Shown here: positions 38,204 to 44,853 of the stretch, piece after piece
Layout of the letters: every line of letters begins with the position of its first letter
Position numbering within the stretch: position 1 is the first letter of the stretch
Assembly: GCA_050486265.1 (NCBI GenBank)
Contig: JBJHCY010000005.1
Location: forward strand, 3,375 to 67,374
Direction: 5' to 3'
Length of the DNA: 64,000 bases
Source: Phycisphaerales bacterium
Lineage (GTDB): Bacteria; Planctomycetota; Phycisphaerae; Phycisphaerales; UBA1924
Notes under the pieces: model-generated
The model's input: only the letters and a program-made list of their open reading frames with translations
Databases searched by the model: none
Told to the model about the DNA's origin: nothing
Translations under genes and position numbers: made by a program

Positions 38204-38578
38204 TCAGGCGTTGGCGGGCGTCGCCCGCGAGTGCTCCTTGGCGATCGCGACCAGTTCGTCGAAGACCGCCGGGTCGGAGATCGCGACCTCGCTGAGCATC
38301 TTGCGGTTCAGGTCGATGCCGGCCATCTTCAGGCCGTTGATGAACGCCGAGTAGCGGGTGCCGCGCATGCGGCAGGCCGCGGTGATGCGGGTGATCCACA
38401 GGCGCCGGTAGTCGCGCTTGCGCCGACGCCGGTCGCGGAACGCGAAAACGCCGGCGCGGATGACCGCGTCCTTGGCCTGGTACTTGTGCTTGCTCTTGAC
38501 GCCGTAGTAACCGCGGGCTTCGCGGAGAATGCGCTTGCGGGCCCGGGTGCGGGCTGAACCTTTGCGAACGCGGGGCAT
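38204..38578 (-). CDS. rplT: 50S ribosomal protein L20
   Basis: MPRVRKGSARTRARKRILREARGYYGVKSKHKYQAKDAVIRAG...RRLWITRITAACR; start re-set to 38578. Confidence 0.93.
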   Translation of the reverse strand: MPRVRKGSARTRARKRILREARGYYGVKSKHKYQAKDAVIRAGVFAFRDRRRRKRDYRRLWITRITAACRMRGTRYSAFINGLKMAGIDLNRKMLSEVAISDPAVFDELVAIAKEHSRATPANA

Positions 38579-38698
38579 GTCATCGTCTCCAAGTGGCCCG
38601 GCCGGGGCCCGCCGGCTCACGCCGGTCCGGGGCTTTCACGGTCCCGCCGGGGCGTGCGGGGTGCTGGACTGGAAAATCTGCGAGGGGCTCCGGAACGC

Positions 38699-38992
38699 TC
38701 AATCCGCGTTCTTCGCCCGCTCCTCACGCATCGCCCGGCGCTCGGCCGGCGAGGGGCTGCGCCGGATCGCGGCGCGGGGCTGCGTCCGACCGCGCAAACG
38801 CTTGAACAGCAACTGCTCGAAACGCTTCGCCTCGGGGTTGGCGATGTAGCGGTCGCGGCGGAGCTGACGCAGACGCTTGCCTGACTTGTGAGAGCTCAGG
38901 TGCTTGTGAAACGCGCTGCGGTGACGCACCTTCCCGGTACGCGACACCCGCACACGCTTGAGCACACCCTTGTGCGGCTTGTTCTTCGGCAT
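38699..38992 (-). CDS. rpmI: 50S ribosomal protein L35 with C-terminal extension
   Basis: MPKNKPHKGVLKRVRVSRTGKVRHRSAFHKHLSSHKSGKRLRQLR... 97 aa versus ~65 typical. Start re-set to 38992. No infC upstream. Confidence 0.88.
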   Translation of the reverse strand: MPKNKPHKGVLKRVRVSRTGKVRHRSAFHKHLSSHKSGKRLRQLRRDRYIANPEAKRFEQLLFKRLRGRTQPRAAIRRSPSPAERRAMREERAKNAD

Positions 38993-39182
38993 CGTGCTGG
39001 CCTTTCGGCGCTCTGGAACTATCCGGCCGAGGATCGCGGGGCCTCCCTGCGATTCCCGTCGGCTCGGGAACGCAGACAATAGGCCCGACCAAAGCCCGGG
39101 GCCACAGGGCCGAGACCGCCCGCAGGGCGATCGCGTTTTCCCTCACTTGGAGGGTTCGCTGCCGCTGAGATTGCGAGAACAT

Positions 39183-39333
39183 GGGCGCGGGGAGCAGGGC
39201 GCGGGGCGCTGGGAAGGAAGCGGCCTTCGGCCGCGGGTTTCTTTAGCTCTGCGACACCCCGAACCCCAATTCGAAACCGAACCCAGCCTCGGCCGCAGGC
39301 CGAAGCCTCACCTGCACCCAGCGCCCCGCGCCC
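39183..39333. repeat. Composite palindromic intergenic repeat, copy E (full)
   Basis: GGGCGCGGGGAGCAGGGCGCGGGGCGCTGGGAAGGAAGCGGCCTTCGGCCGCGG...GAACCCAGCCTCGGCCGCAGGCCGAAGCCTCACCTGCACCCAGCGCCCCGCGCCC. Lies between the DUF1559-type gene stop and the rpmI start. Confidence 0.8.
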
Positions 39334-39347
39334 AGTTCCCTCTTCTC

Positions 39348-40577
39348 TCAGGGTCCTACGAACGCGTCCTCAACCCCCGCGGGGGTCTCGAAACCGTTCA
39401 GCGGGCTCGCGCGGCGGCCGGTCAGGTGATCGAGCACGATCTCGATGTCCCGGGGCAACCAGATGTTGTCCCCGTTGGAGAGCTCGGGGGTTTCGAGCCA
39501 CTGCACCGATCCGTCGTTGAACAGCACATTCTGCCCGCGACGGCCGTGGTTGTGCGAGTTCTCCATGGGGTGGATCGGCTGACCCAGGACCGCCCGCTGC
39601 ACCACCGGCGAACGGTCGGCCAAGAGCACCACCGAGCCGGGGCTCGACCAGCTGGGCCGGTCGTTGCCGAACATGATCCGATAGCTGTACGACACCTCGT
39701 CCAGCCGGCGCCAGTCGCGGGCGGCAGGGTCTGTCAGACGCGTCGGGGCGACCCGGTTGCCCGGGCAGGCCAGGCTCTCCATCCCGACATACTCCTGGCG
39801 CGTCAGCTCGAACAGGTTCGCCGAGTTGGACTCCTCGGGACGCCCGACATTCCACCACAGCCGCCCCGGAAGACCGGCGCTCGCCATCGGCAGCGCGTCG
39901 CGGTTGGCGCTCGCGTACGAGCCCATCGCGAACGCCGAGGCCCGCATGTTGCTCGCGCAGATCGTCTGGCGGCTGTCCTCGCGCACCGCGTTCATCACCG
40001 GCCAGAGGACCGAAGCCCCCACCACCAGCGACGCGGCGACCGCCACGAAATCCCAGAACCGCACGCGACCGCCACGCCCGCGCCCGATCGGGATCGGCTC
40101 GAGCGCAGCCTCGTCGACCTCGCGGACACGGGCCATCGTCCGATCGATCAGGCCCGATGGCGCAGATCCGCCCGTCGTCACCATCGAGGCCAGCCGCTGA
40201 TGGACCGCCGCACGCTGCTTCAGGCTGCCCGGCGCTCTGGCGGGGTCGAACCCGGCGAGCACCCAGGCGTCCAGGGCGTCGGCGTCGGCGGGGGTCAGCT
40301 CGGGCTCGCGACGCTCCAGCTCGATCCGGCGCGCCACGCGGACCATCGTCACATCCGCGAGCGTTCTGTCTTCGGGCAGCGGGGCGCCGTCGAGGGCCCC
40401 GAGGATCGTCATCAGGCGGGAGGCGCGGCCTTCGTCCTCGGCGTTCCAGCCCGAGCCGACGAGGCGGTCGACCGCGTCGCGGTCTTCGGGCGAGAGCTGG
40501 GCGCCCAGATCGAAGGGAAACGGCCCGTCCGAAAAGTCGTCGTCACCGAAATTGTTGGTTGGTCCGTCGGTGCTCAT
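39348..40577 (-). CDS. Putative anti-sigma factor with a pseudopilin-like DUF1559 / H-X9-DG-type periplasmic domain
   Basis: ATGA overlap with the upstream ECF sigma gene. ~173-aa cytoplasmic part with a duplicated L(S/T)PxDxDAxD motif, then a single TM (FWDFVAVAASLVVGASVLWPVMNAV), then DSRQTICASNMRASAFAMGSY... and HNHGRRGQNVLFNDGSVQWL, matching the planctomycete DUF1559 pattern. Confidence 0.7.
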   Translation of the reverse strand: MSTDGPTNNFGDDDFSDGPFPFDLGAQLSPEDRDAVDRLVGSGWNAEDEGRASRLMTILGALDGAPLPEDRTLADVTMVRVARRIELERREPELTPADADALDAWVLAGFDPARAPGSLKQRAAVHQRLASMVTTGGSAPSGLIDRTMARVREVDEAALEPIPIGRGRGGRVRFWDFVAVAASLVVGASVLWPVMNAVREDSRQTICASNMRASAFAMGSYASANRDALPMASAGLPGRLWWNVGRPEESNSANLFELTRQEYVGMESLACPGNRVAPTRLTDPAARDWRRLDEVSYSYRIMFGNDRPSWSSPGSVVLLADRSPVVQRAVLGQPIHPMENSHNHGRRGQNVLFNDGSVQWLETPELSNGDNIWLPRDIEIVLDHLTGRRASPLNGFETPAGVEDAFVGP

Positions 40578-41227
40578 CGGCTGTCGCTCCTGAACACATC
40601 CTCGCCGCCGGGACCGAGACCGGCTTCCTTCGAGACCCGCTCGAAATGGCCCGCGAAGCTCGCGACCGCGGCGTGCAGCCTCGACTTGACCGTCCCCAGG
40701 GGGATCCCAAGATCTTCGGCGATCTGGGCGTAGCTGAGCCGCTGGAAGTAGGCCAAGAGGAGGATCTCCCTGAGCGTCGGGCTCATGCGTCCGAGGGCGG
40801 CCTGCACGAGCCTGTCGGTTTCCTGCTTGTCGAGCCCGGCGTCCGGCGAGGGGGTGTCGATCTTCATCAGGTCCACAAAGGTGGCCCCGCGAGACCCGTC
40901 GTCGCCGGATACCGGGGCGGACAGATCCATCGTCTGCCGCCGGCCCTTCTTACGCAGGTAGTCCCTCCCTTTGTTCGCCGCGATCGTAAAGAGCCAGGGC
41001 CGAAAACGACGAGAGGCGTCGAAACTGTGCGCCGAGACATGCACCTGCAGGAAGGCCTCCTGAAAGACATCCTCCGCGGCCACACGATCGCCGAGCAACC
41101 GGTACAGGAACCTGTACAGGTCGTCGTGGTAACGCTCGATGAGGGTCCGGAAAGCCTCCGTGTCCCCCGCTCGATAGCGTTCGAACAGTTGCTCGTCGGT
41201 GGTCTGTCCCACGCGTGCATTGTCCAT
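40574..41227 (-). CDS. ECF-type RNA polymerase sigma factor
   Basis: Region 2 (DLYRFLYRLLGDRVAAEDVFQEAFLQV...FRPWLFTIAANKGRDYLRK) and region 4 HTH (REILLLAYFQRLSYAQIAEDLGIPLGTVKSRLH). Start re-set to MDNARVGQ at 41227. Confidence 0.88.
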   Translation of the reverse strand: MDNARVGQTTDEQLFERYRAGDTEAFRTLIERYHDDLYRFLYRLLGDRVAAEDVFQEAFLQVHVSAHSFDASRRFRPWLFTIAANKGRDYLRKKGRRQTMDLSAPVSGDDGSRGATFVDLMKIDTPSPDAGLDKQETDRLVQAALGRMSPTLREILLLAYFQRLSYAQIAEDLGIPLGTVKSRLHAAVASFAGHFERVSKEAGLGPGGEDVFRSDSR

Positions 41228-41471
41228 CGGTTCAGAGGGCCCCGCCCCGGGAATCGCGGGCGGAACCGAAAATCGTGCTGAATGAAACGCCCGAGTTACT
41301 ATCAGGTATCGAACAACGGTCGGCTCGGCTTTGTTCCGGCCCGTGTTGTACCGGGCAATGGCGCCCCGAGCGTCGGGCGCTGGAGCATTGGGGACTTTCA
41401 CGCCCGATATCACGCCTGCCTCGCGCCCGCCGGATGCAATGCGACGCCGCCCCGGGCGTTGTGCATGACAG

Positions 41472-42086
41472 ATGTCGGGGGTCGCGATGAGTTCTGACGG
41501 CGCGAGACCCGCCCCGGCCCCCGATGATCCGTCGCTGCTCGCCAGAGCTGCCGGCGGCGACGAAGGGGCGTGGCGGTGCGTGGTCGCGTCGTACGCCCCC
41601 CGGGTCTTTGCGCTGGTGCGGAGCCGGTGCCGTGACGACGACCTCGCCGAGGAGATCACCCAGGCCGTGTTTGTGACCATGGCGGAAAAACTCGGGGCGG
41701 GCGGGTACGACGAGCGGGGCCGCTTCGAGGCCTGGCTTTTCAGGGTCGCCATGAACCGCTTCCGCGACCACGCCCGCAAGGCCAAACGCCAGGCTTCGCC
41801 CGCCGACCCCGCCTCGCTCGACGCCGGGCCGGACACACGCCCCGGCCCCTCCGACCGCGACGCGGCGGACCTCGCCCGCCTGCGCGAGGCGCTGGAGACC
41901 CTGAACGAGGCGGACCGCGAGATCGTCCACCTCCGTCACCACGCCGGTTTGAGCTTCAAACAGATCGCCGAGGTCTTGCAGGAGCCGCTCGGCACGCTTC
42001 TGGCCCGCCACCACCGGGCCCTCGCCAAGCTCCGGAAGGTGCTCGGCGAACCCGATGACCACCCAAACGCGGAGCACGCGTCATGA
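41472..42086 (+). CDS. ECF-type RNA polymerase sigma factor (second, divergent)
   Basis: ITQAVFVTMAEKL...FEAWLFRVAMNRFRDHARK and REIVHLRHHAGLSFKQIAEVLQEPLGTLLARHHRALAKLR. Confidence 0.85.
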   Translation: MSGVAMSSDGARPAPAPDDPSLLARAAGGDEGAWRCVVASYAPRVFALVRSRCRDDDLAEEITQAVFVTMAEKLGAGGYDERGRFEAWLFRVAMNRFRDHARKAKRQASPADPASLDAGPDTRPGPSDRDAADLARLREALETLNEADREIVHLRHHAGLSFKQIAEVLQEPLGTLLARHHRALAKLRKVLGEPDDHPNAEHAS

Positions 42087-42535
42087 CCAGCACACCCGAA
42101 CCCACCCGCCGCTCGCTGGAAGACCGCCTCGACGCGCTGGGCGCTCTCGAACGCAACGCAACACCCCGCGGCTTGGCGTCGCGCATCGCGGACGCCTCTG
42201 CGCCGAGCCTTCGTGCCGAACGCCCCGCGGTGGTCGCCCGCATCGGGCCCGTGTGGGCGTCGCGTCTGGGCGCTTTGGCCGCGAGCCTGGCCCTGCTCAT
42301 CGGGGTCGCGGCCTTGGTCGTCAGCGTCCGACCGGGCTCGGAGATCGACGCACCCGCGCCGGTGATGGCGACCGTCGCGGCGGACATGGAGCTCTGGCTT
42401 TCGCTGGAGTCCATGCTCAGCGATCCGCTCGCCAGCCGCTTGGACGCCTTGTACGCCGAATCGACGGCGCTGGAGTCCTACGACGAAGCAGACCTGTTCA
42501 CGCTCGAAATGCTGAGCGTACTGGAGTCGATGTGA
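42083..42535 (+). CDS. Putative single-pass anti-sigma factor
   Basis: ATGA overlap with the preceding sigma gene and one TM helix (LGALAASLALLIGVAALVV). No motif-level identification. Confidence 0.5.
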   Translation: MTSTPEPTRRSLEDRLDALGALERNATPRGLASRIADASAPSLRAERPAVVARIGPVWASRLGALAASLALLIGVAALVVSVRPGSEIDAPAPVMATVAADMELWLSLESMLSDPLASRLDALYAESTALESYDEADLFTLEMLSVLESM

Positions 42536-43425
42536 TGAAACGCCCCCACGCCCCCACGCTCGCGCTCGCCGGCCTCGCCACGGCGGCGCTGACCTTCTCC
42601 GCCCTCGCGCTGACCCAGCCCGAAGACGCCGGAAGCGAGCGCCGCGCCGAGAACGCCCAGCAGCGCCCCGAGCTCACCCGCGCCCAGCTCCAGCGCCAGC
42701 GCGAAGAGACCCAGCAGCGGATCGAGATGCTCCAGCAACGGCTCCAGCGGATCGACGGCGCGATCGAGCGTCTGGGTGAAGACGACGACGCGCGGACCGT
42801 GCAGGAAGACAAGCCGCAAGCCGCTCGGACCGAGGCGCGCGAGCTCCGTGGAGATCGGATGCGCCGTCTGGAGCAACGCCGAGCCGAGACCCTGCAGACC
42901 GATCCGCGGGCAGAACTGCTCGACACGATTGCCGCGGAGTCGCCCGAGCTCGCCTCGCGCCTCCGACGCCTCCGCACCGAAGACCCCGACGAGTTCGGGC
43001 AGTTGCTGCGCCGGATCGGCCCCCGTTACCGCGAACTCTCGGAGCTGCGTTCAGAAGACCCGCAACTCGCGGCTTTCCGCGCGCGAGAGATGGCGGCGGG
43101 ACTCGCGATGGCGACCTCGACCCGCCAACTCGCCTCGGCTGTGCGCTCGGGGGACGAACGCGCTGCCGAGGAAGCCCGCGTCGCAGTGATGCGGGCGCTG
43201 GAGCGGTCGTTCGACGCTCGCGAGGCCTCGGCCCGGCTGGAGATGTCCAGGCTGCGAGAGCGCCTGACCTCCATGGAGTCGGAGGTACAGGACCGGCGCG
43301 ACCGACGCGACGCGATCATCGCCGAACAGATGCGCCGCATCGAGCAGGGCCTCGACAGGCTGGTCGAACGCGAGCCCGAGCGGACCCCCCAGCGCCGCCA
43401 GCGCGGCGGCGGGGGCGGCGGCTGA
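42535..43425 (+). CDS. Secreted Arg/Glu/Gln-rich coiled-coil protein (possible LTXXQ/Spy-CpxP-like)
   Basis: TGATG overlap with the upstream gene, signal peptide MKRPHAPTLALAGLATAALTFSALALTQP, one LTRAQ motif, helical heptad-like composition. Ends in RGGGGGG. Confidence 0.55.
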   Translation: MKRPHAPTLALAGLATAALTFSALALTQPEDAGSERRAENAQQRPELTRAQLQRQREETQQRIEMLQQRLQRIDGAIERLGEDDDARTVQEDKPQAARTEARELRGDRMRRLEQRRAETLQTDPRAELLDTIAAESPELASRLRRLRTEDPDEFGQLLRRIGPRYRELSELRSEDPQLAAFRAREMAAGLAMATSTRQLASAVRSGDERAAEEARVAVMRALERSFDAREASARLEMSRLRERLTSMESEVQDRRDRRDAIIAEQMRRIEQGLDRLVEREPERTPQRRQRGGGGGG

Positions 43426-43459
43426 ACTCCTTCGTTTGCGGCCGGACCGAGGCTGAGCT

Positions 43460-43846
43460 TCAGGACACGATCGCCCCGGGCGCGATCTCGCTCATCGGGC
43501 TGAGCAGGATGACGCTCCGCTCCGCCTCGCCCTTGGCGGCGTCGCTGGCGGCCAGCAGCATCCCGCGCGACTCCTCGCCCCGGATCTTCCGCGGCGCGAG
43601 GTTCGCCACGATCACGATCAGACGCCCGACGAGCTCGCCCGGCTCGTAGTGCCCCTTGATCCCCGCGCATATCTGGCGGGGCTCGCCCGAGCCGTCGTCG
43701 AGCTGGAGGCGGAGCAGGCGGTCGGCGTTGGGGTGCGGCTCGGCCTCGGTGATCTTCGCCACGCGCAGGTCGAGCCTCGCGAACTCATCGAACGAAACGA
43801 TCGGCTTGGCCGCCGATTCTGTCGTGCCTTGGGTCGATTCCGCCAT
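43460..43846 (-). CDS. csaA: tRNA-binding domain protein (CsaA / Trbp111 / MetRS C-terminal-like)
   Basis: FDEFARLDLRVAKITEAEPHPNADRLLRLQLDDGSGEPRQICAGIKGHYEPGELVGRLIVIVANLAPRKIRGEESRGMLLAA. Confidence 0.85.
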   Translation of the reverse strand: MAESTQGTTESAAKPIVSFDEFARLDLRVAKITEAEPHPNADRLLRLQLDDGSGEPRQICAGIKGHYEPGELVGRLIVIVANLAPRKIRGEESRGMLLAASDAAKGEAERSVILLSPMSEIAPGAIVS

Positions 43847-43947
43847 GGGTCGCCTCCTGTCTGCGCGGCGTTGAAGTGGGCGGGAGTCTATTGGCCCGGG
43901 GCGGCCCGCGACGGATCACCGGGCCGACCCGGCGTTCCGAGCGCGGC

Positions 43948-44853
43948 TCAGGCGTCGGGGTCGTCTTCCGGCTCGGCACGGTCCGGGCGGACCCATCGCC
44001 CCTCGCGAAAGAGCGTCCGGGCCGGATCGATCCGCATCGCCGAGGCGAGTTCCTCGGGATCTGGGTCGCGCAGGGGCATCCCCCCGTCGGTGGCGAGCTG
44101 CGACGACCAGGTCGCGTGCTCGGCGTTCAGCAGCGCGAACTCGGTGCGGAGGTGGGCGGTGTACAGGTCGGGCGTCATGTCGGGCCCGGGGTCGCCTTCA
44201 CAGGTTCGGCAGAGGACCGCCCGCCCCCGCCCGTCGCGTGCGAGCCTCGAGTTTCGACACTCCGGGCAGGGCCAGAGCTCCGCTTGCCGCTGAAGATCAA
44301 ACAGGCCGCCCCGCGCCCCGAAGGGGTGCAGCAAACGGTCGTGGCGGGAGAGCGCCGCGAACACACTCGGGTCTTCGAGCAGCGCGACTGCCGCACGCCC
44401 GTTGCCCGACCTGACATACCCGATCGCCTCGGCCGCCCTGAGCGCCGTCCGGGGCGACGGCGCCCCGGGATCGACGCGGGACCAGTCGGGTGAACCGTGG
44501 CGCGGGTCCATCGCGGCCGCCAGGGCCCGGAGCCACCGGCGCTCGCGTTCGTGCGTCGCCAACGCCGCAAGCCCGATGCACGCGCTGGCGCTCAACCCCG
44601 TCTCGCCCCGCTCCCTGCCCAGCTCGAAGGCGAGCACGAAGAGCCGTCGCGCCGTCGCCAGCAATTCCGGGGCCCTCCGGTCGGCGTCCTCGGCGAGGGC
44701 CGCCATCTCCTCGGCCAACGCGAAGTAGCCGGCGGGATCGTCCGGAGAGAGCGAACCGAGCCGATCGGCCCACGGCGCCAGCGGATCGGCCGACGCGACC
44801 TGAACACCCAAGGCCAGCAGCAGGAACGCCGTTGTAAGCAGCCTTGACATCAT
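43948..44853 (-). CDS. Hypothetical secreted protein with a CxxC...CxxC motif (last gene of the ExbBD operon)
   Basis: Start MMSRLLTTAFLLLALGVQVASA (signal peptide) overlaps the upstream stop (ATGATG/TGA). Contains CPECRNSRLARDGRGRAVLCRTCEG. Confidence 0.6.
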   Translation of the reverse strand: MMSRLLTTAFLLLALGVQVASADPLAPWADRLGSLSPDDPAGYFALAEEMAALAEDADRRAPELLATARRLFVLAFELGRERGETGLSASACIGLAALATHERERRWLRALAAAMDPRHGSPDWSRVDPGAPSPRTALRAAEAIGYVRSGNGRAAVALLEDPSVFAALSRHDRLLHPFGARGGLFDLQRQAELWPCPECRNSRLARDGRGRAVLCRTCEGDPGPDMTPDLYTAHLRTEFALLNAEHATWSSQLATDGGMPLRDPDPEELASAMRIDPARTLFREGRWVRPDRAEPEDDPDA

